From: Phoronis australis
Lineage: Eukaryota; Animalia; Phoronida
Length of the DNA stretch: 64,000 nucleotides
Assembly (NCBI GenBank): GCA_002633005.1
Contig: NMRA01000585.1
Location: 64,851-128,850, forward strand
Direction of reading: 5' to 3'
Part shown: positions 38,301 to 51,100 of the stretch, piece by piece
Layout of the letters: each line of letters starts with the position of its first letter
Numbering within the stretch: the stretch's first letter is position 1
The notes under the pieces: model-generated
Databases searched by the model: none
Seen by the model: only the letters and a program-made list of their open reading frames with translations
Told to the model about the DNA's origin: nothing
Program-made: the position numbers and the translations under genes

Positions 38301-39168
38301 CATAACTTACTATTAATAACAAAATATGTTGAAGTTCAGCACAAAGTGAACCATGTCGTGACCTTTCATGGTTGCAGTCTTTATATGTACGTGCCACTTC
38401 ATCCAACATCGCAAGAGATTTGCTGATTGAAAATTACTACAAAACAGTTCTTTGTTAAAGCATCTATCACACGAAGCTGTAGAGCCTCTGTGTCACAAAA
38501 CGTCAGCTCTGAAGTATTTGACGTTTTCCTAGGACCAGGACCAAAGTATTCTGTTAAAAGTTCTGCATTCATTTGGTCTTACAACAACATAACTAAAGAG
38601 TTGAAAAGGAGTAACATTACACTTATTACAGGATAATATGTGAAAAATATGAAGAGAAAGTGCTTTAAGCACGTCTTATTGAGTGATTTATATCTTTTAA
38701 CTTAAAGAAGAGTAGGACGCATAATGCATAATCCAGACATTATACTGTATGAACATGCAATGCTACTGTATTTTTGTACTTTCCGGAAAATGAGATCAGA
38801 GACACTGCTAAACTGTTACTGTCAGGCTACTGAGGAAATAAAAAATAGCACCAACCAAACAGCTGTAAATATGAATTTTAATTAAAATGCAACAGATCGC
38901 GCTGAAAAACCAACTATAACTGATCCAGCATCAACCAGGCAGATGAAGTATCTCTGGGTTGGAACCATCTCTTTGCAGACAAACACTGTAAAACCAAAGA
39001 ATATAACATGCCCGCTTGGGGACTTTAAGATATCTTAGGACAAACATGGCAATCAGGTCTAAACAAGCAAAACACACACACATATTCCCTTACCAAAACG
39101 ATGGCCAGAAGAAAATTAAAATTAAACCAAAAATTGATTTTGTATCCTAGTCGATCTATAGCTAATCT

Positions 39169-42100
39169 TCAAACCGTTGACTCATGCCTACGGAGTGGAG
39201 GTTCCGCAGAATCTGCAGTGTCGGCACCTGCTGGCTGTGTTGGTTGGTCTGCCAGTTTTGTTGTCACCGGCTGTAACTGTTGAGCCTGGGATGATGTGGC
39301 GCCCTCTTCAGGCTTCTTCTGTGACATCGTGTCTGACGCCTGAGGGTTATAACACCTCTCTACCATATAATACTTCACGTGTACCGCACTTGGTGCCGAT
39401 GTACCACGTGGTCTACCCCCTACCTTAGCCCGCATTGATGGACTTTTTTCAAAGAAAGCTGGCTCAGATGAGGGCGTGCAACTCCGATCGGGTTCGTCGA
39501 ACACGCTGCCAATCTCCGAGCCTACGTCGGAGCCTGCCTCCGACATGGTCTTGTCTAGAGATGTACCACGGCTACTTCGGTCGAAGCTGTCCGATGGCAG
39601 ACTGCTGGCATGCCGCGAGCTAGACAGGAACCAATCAGAGCGCTTCCTCATTCGCTGCAGCTGCATAAGTTTGACAGTGTCAAAGCGCGTCATGCTTTTA
39701 TATGCCCGTGGTTCAGTTGTGTTCAGTCGGTTTCTCAAGTCATCACGTTTCTGGAACCAACACAACTCGACGTGACTGAAGCTCAAACAATTACAACAAG
39801 CAGCAAAACAAACGCCTAAAACTATGAGCGTGAGCAATACAACAGTTATCGTGTCTAAAACCATTCACAGAAAAACCATGTAGACTATCACAACAATAGA
39901 TACTACAATGGCATCAGTATCCGATAATTGTTTCGAAATTTTTCTGTCAAAACAGTTCAGCTTTCAAAGCTGCAATGAACCTGATACTTTTAAAAAATTA
40001 ACATCTGATTTAGACCGTGTGAACTTTTGCAACAGGGATACGTTGAGTAGACGTGAGAAACAAGCCATAAAAGGATCAACTGTACCGGTCTTATCACCAT
40101 GAAAAATTAGCAGCTCAGATCTTAACTTATTCCTCACTCAAATGATTTCTACGCTTGACAAGAACTAAATTTTGTTATTGTTCAACACCTGATTTGTGGA
40201 GTCTATTTGAACCAGCTGTAACCAACTGTCAGTTTTTTCCCAAACCCCAAAACTTCTTGTGAGAAACGAGTAGGAACCAGTTTGATTTTAAAACAGTACG
40301 TGGCCTAAATCGAAAGCATTTCGACACAGCGTATACAGTGACAATAAAGAGGAAAGCAATATGTTTTGATGTCTCCTTAAGTAGAAATGCAGATCCTTGG
40401 ATAACTCGCAGAAACATTTCCGATGTCAGTTACTGGGGAGTACGCACCATCTTTGAAGCAATAAAAAGTTGTCGTAAACAGCCCAGCAAAAGGCAGGCAT
40501 CCTGTATTCACTATCATTGAGCAAGCACGAAAGACCGACATAAACTAAGTGAATACAAAACCGAGATGTCGCAGGCCATTTGCTGGGCCGTTATATTTTC
40601 CCATCGGAAAACTAAACAATAAGGAAAAATGTGTTTCCCAGATAACCAGGGACCTGTATTTTTACTAAACGTAACATCAAAAATTGCTGCATTCCCCTTT
40701 AACTTACTTAATTTCAACCAGAAATTAGTTCACTTGTTTCCTAGCCGACAACCCAAGAGGCGAAAGCAGAAGCGACTAATGTAGGAAGCCAATCACACAC
40801 ACACACACACACATTATAATCAAGTTCAAACTAAGTGATTGCAATCGCATAGTGGACAACTGTCAGTATTCTACATTTTGAACAACTATAAAGATTTTCT
40901 TTAAATCCTTAAAGTCTATGCGGCACGAAGTGTGAGTCGAAATCGCCAACTTCAAAGTGGAATAAATCTAGTTAGAGCCGGCGGATATTTCCATTTAGGC
41001 AATTTATAAACTCCTGCACTACAGTGGAGTTATGTTTAATTGGATACGCTATATCACGGTGTTAAAAAAACAAAAAAAAACAACGGGTTCCACTCAAAAT
41101 ATGAACTATGACAGTAGTGGCCCTGAACCATGCAACACTGAAGGAAGCAAATTAAAATGTTGAAAAATTATACAAAATGCCCCGAAAAAATGTAGCACCG
41201 AAATCTCCATAGCAACCCATTAGGTTATATGAGAATGCTAGAACAAACAATGTTAAGAGCCAAAGTCGCCAAGCTACCTTATTGGCATTCACCTCTGGGG
41301 CCGATATTGACGACGTCTTCTTCAGACTCCTGGCATTCACGGGGTCCGAGTGGGCTACATGGCTTCCAACGTTCACGGTGACCTCTGCGCGGTCACCACA
41401 GCCATCAGACGGGCCGAAAAACTGTCCAGGTGTCACCTCTATACAGACGAAAGTACATAGTGAAGATAACACAATGGACAGTTATAAATCGTGTCTAACA
41501 TCAAAACGCCTGATCACTACAATTATATTATATATTATAACTTTTGAGATGCATGATGGGACAATTGTCACTTTCTTGACTTGCCTACACACTGTGGGAG
41601 AAGCCTTGCTGAATATATTTCAGTGAAACTAACATACGTCTACACCATGGCCACTGATTGCAGTGATGACAACAGATATTCCATTGCAGGTGAGCACAAC
41701 AAACATTCAATGTAAGCAGGATGTGAAATTGGTGTAAAGTACCAGGATTGTTCTGCCTGAGACTTGGAACTTATCAATGAAGCATTGTTTTTCGGGAGGG
41801 AATTGAAAGAATACGATGGTCAACACAGAAAAGAAATGGCAAGTGCTCTTTTGGAAAAACCAATTTTGTTAAAACGGTGAGACTTAAGGTTTAAACGATT
41901 CATGACTAATTAACACAGGGCATCTTAACATTATTTCTTGGCTGACAATGTAGCTAGAATACCCAACATGCTCTAGTCACGTGCAGTTAGTCATTAACTC
42001 TCCAACTAGGAAGGTTGTAAAAGGGATCAAATTATTGAACTTTCTACAAGATTCCACGCATATCTTACCTCTGATGCTTACTCACTAGTTCCCTCTCATA

Positions 42101-45100
42101 ATCGCCCTTACCCTCATAAACATACCCTCAACAACACACATAGTTCCCCCATTGGCTTCACAAAGGACTTCCGGAAATTCATGGAAGTCCACCAATGGTC
42201 ATCAAGTAATTAGCGTCACAGCCATCAAGAACTAACTACAGTTGTTTACTTTGAATTTAACTAGGGTAAGATCTTACCGATTTCATACACAAATACCAGG
42301 CAAAATTGTACTTCATCTTTTTAATATCATTTCGAATGACCACATGTTTTAAAAAATTGTCTGATGGAAAGTGTGTTTCAGAACTTGAAGACAACAAAGC
42401 AGCATGTTTCGTGTTACATACTTTCATTGAAAATATCAGAAATTAAATTCCACTGTTCCACCACATTGTGTCTTTGGTAGATTTTACAGCAATGCATCAC
42501 CTTTGTTACCAAGGACAGAATCCCTTAAATAACTCTTTAAATATTAACAGAGGACACATAAAACTATATTTTTTAAAACCTTTGTTCATCACAGTATCTT
42601 GAGTGCACAAAAGCAGTGCCCAGATGTTCATAATCAGAATGAATGTTTTTTCTCTCAAAAGAATCGTGATTTTTCAAGATAACCTTATTTTCCACAAACA
42701 TGATTTCGTTTGCATGAAACTTGCAAATTATGTTTCTTTTAGCTACAAGTGTGTCTAGGAATTTTTCTTTTAAGACCTTCCAGCCCGAGGGATCGGCTGT
42801 CAAAAATCAAGATTTTTCAAGGAATGTTGAAGTTTCCGTAATTGACACCGGAGTTTTTGGCAACCTCAGTGCTAAANCATTCTACTCAGTAAAAATCAAA
42901 AAAGTATCAAAATCGGGGCAAGCACTGTAAAGTTATTGCAAGTTTTGTGGTAAAATTTGAATCACTTTGTTTGGATCGCGTCGGCCATATTGGAGGACAG
43001 CGGGATAAGTTACGAGTTCAAAAATTTGTGTAAATTGTTTTCGCCAACAAATTACAGTGAAATTTAGTTAGACATATCTTTACTACTATTCTGCACGATT
43101 TAGCAGTGTTCACCAAATTTCAGCCTCGCAGTTGTTACTCATTATAAGTGATAAATATGCTCACAATTCCTGTTGGACTTCGTCTCATTTCTGGCGGCAC
43201 CGACAATGGCGACTTTTGCTGAACTGAAAGGCATGTTCAATCGGCTACTTTGTAATTTGTGAAGATTTAACGTTGATACATTTTGACAAACGTTGCTACA
43301 AAAAAGAAACTTTGTTCAATTTTCGTGTTTTTTGTGTTTGTGGCCAGCGACCAGTTAGGCCTAAGGGTAGCCTTTGCGCAAAGCTGTATAGGCCTACTAA
43401 CAAGCTGTATTTTGACTATAGTCTTCACTTCTTAGTTGGCAATTTTGACATGAAGATGCTGATATTTACGCGTTCCTTGACGAGAATTGCATCAAGTCAA
43501 GTTTTGCCTAATTCAGCTTTTCATTCGTTTTTATACTGTGTATGGTCGCTGGCAAAATATGATACCTCGGTTTTTGGCCATAACACTAGTTATAGGAATC
43601 TGATTATGAGTGCGCAAGAGAAAACGGAACATATTTGCGACGTTTTGTTCACTCAAACTTAATGAGCCTAAATGTCAGAAAATATTTGTTTTCTCTTTCT
43701 CGCGTATAATGATTTTCAAGGGTTTCCGTTATTCAGTTTCGTCAAGGTCGTCGCTTTCTCGCAAAGCTACCGATTGGATGATCAACTACGCACTTATTTG
43801 CTCTCCGTTTTAACGTTGATCATCGTCAATACACCTCTAAAAATCGCGCATTGTCTTTGTGCAAACTACATTGAGATTTAAGTCTCCCGAAAAAAGTTGA
43901 CGATCGGATAGTGTTTAAAAGTCTAATTCTATATTTCTCCAGTTAGTGCACCAATGAAGTAAACAAAAGTAGCTCTGCTTGTCGCGTCAGCTGTTGGTAT
44001 CATTATCTCGATTTATGACCCACAACGCATGACTGGACAAAGCCTTTTCAAATTAGTGTAGATAAGCCGGTGGAGCGTGAGACCCCTGAGGTCCCAATCG
44101 AGTCCTAACGACAACTCCGCGTTATGTGGTAGCTGTTGACTGAGGCTAACTAAGGGCTGCCGCGGCAGTGTGACACAGGACTAACCAGCCCGTAATTTCA
44201 TGTCATGCAAATGTCTGAAACTACCCTTGAATATATGCAGCATTTATCATTTGACCATTTTACTTCGACAAAACAGCTTGCAACCGCATGCATTTACCGT
44301 TCGCCAGTGTCTGGCCTCGATCCGCACCGGGTCCGATAGGCTGCGGTCCCGAGTCTGGCAAAAATAATTTCTGTCAAAATTTATTCGCCACATTTCTTCA
44401 GCAAATTCCATAAAATTGTCCGTAGTTTGATTTTATCAAAATTAAGGCGTGCTGTCGATTTTTTATCCCCGTTTGCTGGCTGGTAACAGTACAGGCACTG
44501 CTCCAGTCGCACTGACGACGTTTTCTCGGCCTGGGTTCCTGAATGAATTGTACTTCCGGGTTCCCGGCAAGTTCAAAATGGCGGTGTTTCTTCGGGTGCG
44601 AATCGAGAGTGGCGCTTTCATTTAAACTGTTTTCGAGTACGGATCTTGTATTAGTCATGGGGTAGGTACTTCTTGGATCCTTATAACATCTTCTAACCAT
44701 GTAATAAGGGTTAACAACGCGTGAGAGAAGGACTTTAAGTAGAAATGCAGATCCTTGGATAGCTCGCAGAAACATTTCCGATGTCAGTTACTGGGGAGTA
44801 CGCACCATCCTTGAAGCAATAAAAAGTTCGTCGTAAACAGCCCAGCTAAAGGCAGGCATCCCGTATTCACTATCATTGAGCAAACACGAAAGACCGACAT
44901 AGACTAAGTGAATACAAAACCGAGATGTCGCAGGCCATTTGCTGGGCCGTTATATTTTCCCATCGGAAAACTAAACAATACGGAAAAATGTGTTTCCCAC
45001 ATAACCAGGGATCCGTATTTTTACCAAACGCAACATCAAAAACTGCTGCATTCCCCTTTAACTTACTTAATTTCAACCAGAAATTAGTTCACTTGTTTCC

Positions 45101-48100
45101 TAGCCGACAACCCAAGAGGCGAAAGCAGAAGCGACTAACGTAGGAAGCCAATCACACACGCACACACACATTATAATCAAGTTCAAACTAACTGAATGCA
45201 ATTGCATAGTGGGCGACTGTCAGTATTCTACATTTTGAACGACTATAAAGATTTTCTTTAAATCCTTAAAGTCTATACGGCACTAAGTGTAAGTCGAAAT
45301 CGCCAACTTCAAAGTGGAATAAATCTAGTTAGAGGAGGCGAATATTTCCATTTAGGCAATTTATAAACTCCTGCACTACAGTGGAGTCATGTTTAATTAG
45401 ATACGCTATATCACCGTGTTAAAAAAACAAAAGAACAAAGGGTTCCACTCAAAATATGAACCACGACAGTAGTGACCCTGAACCATGCAACAACACTGAA
45501 GGAAGCAAATTAAAATGTTGAAAAATGATACAAAATGCCCTGAAAAAATGTAGCACCGAAATCTCCATAGCAACCCGTTAGGTTATATGAGAATGTTAGA
45601 ACAAACAATGTTAAGAGCCAAAGTCGCCAAGCTACCTTATTGGCATTCACCTCTGGGGCCGATATTGACGACGTCTTCTTCAGACTCCTGGCATTCACGG
45701 GGTCCGAGTGGGCTACGCGGCTTCCAACGTTCACGGTGACCTCTGCGTGGTCACCACTGCCAACAGACGGGCCGAAAAACTGTCCAGGTGTCACCTCTAT
45801 ACAGACGAAAGTACATAGTGGAGATAACACAATGGACAGTTATTAAATCGTGTCTATTATCAAAACGCCTGATCACTACAATTATATTATAACTTTTGAG
45901 ATGCATGATGGGACAATTGTCACTTTCTTGACCTACACACTGTGGGAGAAGCCTTGCTGAATATATTTCAGTGAAACTAACATACGTCTACACCATGGCC
46001 ACTGATTGCAGTGATGACAACAGATATTCCATTGCAGGTGAGCACAACAAACATTCAATGTAAGCAGGATGTGAATTTGGTGTAAAGTACCAGGATTGTT
46101 CTGCCTGAGACTTGGAACTTATCAATGAAGCATTGTTTTTCGGGAGGGAATTGAAAGAATACGATGGTCAACAAGGAAAAGAAATGGCAAGTGCTCTTTT
46201 GGAAAAACCAATTTGTTAAAACGGTGAGACCTAAGGTTTAAACGATTCATGACTAATTAACACAGGTGGGCATCTTAACATTATTTCTTGGCTGACAATG
46301 TAGCTAGAATACCCAACATGCTCTAGTCACGTGCAGTTAGTCATTAACTCTCCAACTAGGAAGGTTGTAAAAGGGGTCAAATTATTGAACTTTCTAGAAG
46401 ATTCCACGCATATCTTACCTCTGATGCTTACTCACTAGTTCCCTCTCATAATCGCCCTTACCCTCATAAACATACCCTCAGCAACGCACATAGTTCCCCC
46501 ATTGGCTTCACAAAGGACTTCCGGAAATTCATGGAAGTCCACCAATGGTCATCAAGTAATTAGTGTCACAGTCATCAAGAACTAACTACAGTTGTTTACT
46601 TTGAATCTAACTAGGGTAAGATCTTACCCATTTCATACACAAATACCAGGCAGAATTGTACTTCATTTTTTAATATCATTTCGAATGACCACATGTTTAA
46701 AAAATTGTCTGATGGAAAGTGTGTTTCAGAACTTGAAGACAACAAAGCAACATGTTTCGTGTTACATACTTTCATTGAAAATATCAGAAATTAAATTCCA
46801 CTGTTCCACCACATTGTGTCTTTGGTAGATTTTACAGCAATACATCACCTTTGTTACCAAGGACAGAATCCCTTAAATAACTCTTTAAATATTAACAGAA
46901 GAAACATAATACTATATTTTTTAAAATCTTCATCGCAGTATCTTATGTGCACAAAAGCAGTGCCCAGATGTTCATAATCAGAATGAATGTTTTTTTCTCT
47001 CAAAAGAATCGTTATTTTTCAAGATAACCTTATTTTCCACGAACATGATTTCGTTTGCATGAAACTTGCAAATTATGTTTCTTTTAGCTACAAGTGTGTC
47101 TAGGAATTTTTCTTTTAAGACCTTCCAGCCCGAGGGATCGGCTGTCAAAAATCAAGATTTTTCAAGGAATGTTGAAGTCTCCGTAATTGACACCGGAGTT
47201 TTTGGCAACCTCAGTGCTAAATATCGATTTTCAGAAAAAAAAAGTCGTGTGATTACGAACATCTGGACATTAGTTTTGTGCTGTCATTAACGATTTTGAA
47301 AATACAACTCTTATGGGTCTACGATTTACACTTCTTAGTTATTTAAAAACTTTGACCCATACCGTACTAACATTTTTGAAACTGCAAAAGTATTGATTGT
47401 CACAGCCTTTTTTGTTTTGAGCCATAACAAATAGAACTAATCTGTACAAGAATGATTTCACTGCTGCTACACCGAGCAAGTTTCATCATGAGAGATTAAA
47501 CGTGAGAGAGATACAATATGTACTGCCGCAGATGAGGCAAAAATGCGGATTTTCTAGATTAAGACAACCATGTGCAAGAATTCAAAAAGATTCACGAACG
47601 GTTTCACATACTAACCCTTTCACTGACAAATTTTTTTCAAACTGCGTTTCCAACAGCGAACTACATTTTGAGGAAAATAGGATGCAATGTCCACATAGGC
47701 ATCAACAGTAACTGAAGAAGTGGAGATGGGTTTTGGATAAAATACATCCCCAGTCTGATATCTTAAACTCAGATCCTGAATCAGAGAGGATTTGTATTTG
47801 AGACAAAACACTGACAGCCGGCATTCCAGAGCCCACTGCATCAACCACAATTAGATAAGAATTTCTTCAAATTAGGGAATCAAATAGAAAAAAAACAAGA
47901 TTTCATTTGGGATGTAGTTAAAGCTGTCATCCTGAGGTCTCATGATGTAGTTAACCTATAGCGAAATTTCACGAATCAAATTTTAGAATTTACTAGGTCA
48001 ACTCACCAACTGGCGTATTTGGCAGTGGATGAGCAAGTCATCAAAAGACTCATTAAGAAGTGAAAGAGTTAATAAGCAGGAATCAGCGGCAAAGTATGAA

Positions 48101-51100
48101 CTCGGTCAAGAAGTCTTACCGTTCTTCGTCAGATCGAATCCTTGCTTTTTAGCCTCGTTCTGGAGAATGATAGTGAAGGCTCGCAGAGCTTGTTCGCCTG
48201 TACGTGCAACAGGAAAAACATGGCGACATGCAGATTACAGCGAGTTGGAACATGCAAGCGACATACACCTGGGCACTCAGTCTACTGAACACGTGTTATG
48301 ACCACAGTGATGTGGCCAGCTTTAGTTCAGCGAGGCCCAATGGCAGGAGACCGTCCAAGTGTAAAACAAATAATCAGCACAGTGTCAAGATTTTTTTGAA
48401 ATTTCGACAACCTGACTGCCTTACAACGTGTCTGGCAGAAACAGCTAGAAACAAGGCAAATGTTTCGATGCGAATTGAAGTTGAGACTCAGAACACTTAA
48501 CTGCAAAGAACAACAGCATATTCATGCAATGATGACACCGAGACATGTAAGGATTGTGTACTTCTTAATTAACACTCGGCCATTGCCCCTCCCCCCAAAT
48601 ACTAAGTAGGAGTTGGGCAAAGGGCATGCTATGCCATTATAGCATTAACTGCTAGATTTGGACTTGCTTACAGGGGAGTGTTACGGGATGAAGCTTAGTG
48701 ATACTACGGTCAATGTTCAGGAGAAGCGAGTGGCTACAGACAAGTTAAGAGTTAAACTTGTGGAATTCAATCTATGGGTGATGCAAAAAAACGTCCGCAC
48801 CAATTACATTAAGGGATAGTCCAAACTTATCAACATTTAGAAAAGCACGCGTAACATGTCATCAACAGTCCTCCTCCTTTCACTATCAAATAATCTTCCT
48901 CTCCTGATGCACGGCATCTACAACCACTACACCTATCATTAACCCCCTCCCCCAAGTGTTCACTATGTATGCTTTTGAAAATGTTGATAATTAGAAGATC
49001 CGCAATACAAATTAACCCTTAAGATTTTAATGCGAATAGTTTTGACATGCACAGAACACTGCATGCGGTTATAGGAGATTATTTTTGTCACAAGAACTAT
49101 TAAGGCTTCTGGTGTTTTATATGACGACTAACAATTCTGATTGTGAACAAGGTTCAACACAGTGCTCCTAAGAACCATCTTACAACTCTCTTTGCAATGA
49201 CGCGAACTCTTCAATTATTTCACACAAAAACAAAAGCAAAATTAAAGTGATTTTTTCATGACTGGTTTCTTTACTATGAATAGTTAAAAAATTCATGCCA
49301 GGTGCACAGAATAAACTACGTTGATAATGAAATAGAGTTCTCATAATTCTCAGTTTGGCTGAGAAACTTACGCGAATAAAAATGCAAGTGCTAGCCATAT
49401 TGTGTGCTAAATACGTGAAGAGTTACCGTGGCAACACAAAGAGAGCGAGGCTATTAAGGCCAGTGTGAAGACTTACGGGGTACCAGATTGGTCGGGGGGA
49501 AGTGGTACTCATACTTGAACCTCTCCGTCACCTGTATGCGCGTGTTGGACACGTCCACAAAATACTGAATGTTGTGCTGACCAAACATGTTGGCCACCCC
49601 GTAGTTCTCAATGAGGAACTCCACCAGTTTAGCCGCATTCTCCACCTGCAACATCATAAAGGTGATGCATGATCTACAGTACAAGACAAAAGTAACAAAA
49701 ATTACAGTTTTCCTGCCATGAGGGCTAATTCTGTGAACAGCAAAGACTACTGGTAATAACTAATCTAATTACAAAATAGACAATGGTTATGATGTCTACA
49801 GAAAAAGTTCAGGGTTTTGTGATGAGGTCGCAACGTAACAGTTACACAAAAATGGAGATCTTGCAAGGGGTGAAACTGTACCGTATACAGCTTCACAAAA
49901 GTATTCATGTTTTTTAATATACTAAAATCAGCATTTCTTAAAGGACTACAAATCAGTGGCATGTGAAGGCTTACCTTCAGATGGGGCAAAGAAAATAAGT
50001 ACGTATTAATCACGTCACCTGAAATCTATGGTCCAAAGTTTTACCTCCAAACTCAATCTCCTACCACTTTGTAATGGTTTGTCTAACTGCGCTCTTGGAA
50101 GTTTGTGAGATGATCCCAGAATTAAAGCTACAATTTCCAAGTTTGAGTCAATATTTGGAGTTTGAACTATAGTTTGTACCTTGAGTCTATAACACATTAA
50201 GAGTAACGATGGATAAGATACAAATGTACTATTGCTCCACAGGCAGTTGAGAACATTATAACATTGACCAGGTCCATAGGCCATTAATAATTTTTAAAAC
50301 CCAATGAAATCACTGGCCTAATTGGTGTTATAATGTTTAATTCTGACATACAAATTTTACTTGACTGAACCCTAAACATCAAAATGACGTCATACTAAAC
50401 AATACACGGTTATAGTACAACCGTATCAAGAAAAATGTGATAGCACAACAAAAACCATTACCGTATTCGCCATAATAACCGCCCATGCCCCAATAAGCGC
50501 CCCCCCACGCGTTTTCAGACTTTGCTGAAATAAGCGCCCAGTCCATGAACGTGTACATGCGAACAATGACGTACCTACTGTCCTAAAACTCGGCTACAGT
50601 AACGTCTTCGACTTATCAAAAAAAAATTTTGCACGGGTCTTCTAGACCACCAGCGGCACTGCTAGTTTGTATTTAACCGTGACTTTACACTTCAAGGTAA
50701 CGCAGCGCTTCAAAAAGAACGCAACAGCGTTGCTACTTGCGTGACGAACGTGTCCCACTATGGTCTGACCTTTCAGTAGACACATCGACTGTCTCATGAA
50801 TAAAAATAACTCGGTGTTAAACGCACGTGGCCAGGAAGCGTGCGCTACATACATGAACCTATCATCAAAGACATTAGTCGTGAACTATCCATTCATGAAA
50901 CGGGTAGCATAGCATCGATAAGAAATGAATATTGGCACTAATTTCCGACAATTTCTAATACTATAAAACATGTTTGCGTTATTTTTGAGATGCATTGTTT
51001 GATAATTGGTGTTTTTAAGCCGAATATCCGATAAAATGACAACTGACAGTGAATGCTTACACACCCTTACAGTGAAAAAATAACCGTCAGATAGTTACGT

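Noticed and set aside
43273-44775. 129-aa and 125-aa ORFs inside the TE-like insert
   Set aside because: No recognisable DDE, THAP or RT motifs; the 125-aa ORF crosses the insertion junction.
40514-47290. Paired ORFs (MKLSKLKG..., MQIMFLLA...) suggesting duplicated small genes
   Set aside because: They recur only because of the 2.5-kb duplication; they are intronic and lack domains.
46874-47345. Possible additional TTAA-flanked element (TTAAATAAC...GTTATTTAA)
   Set aside because: The inverted match is only about 10 bp of AT-rich sequence, which is insufficient.
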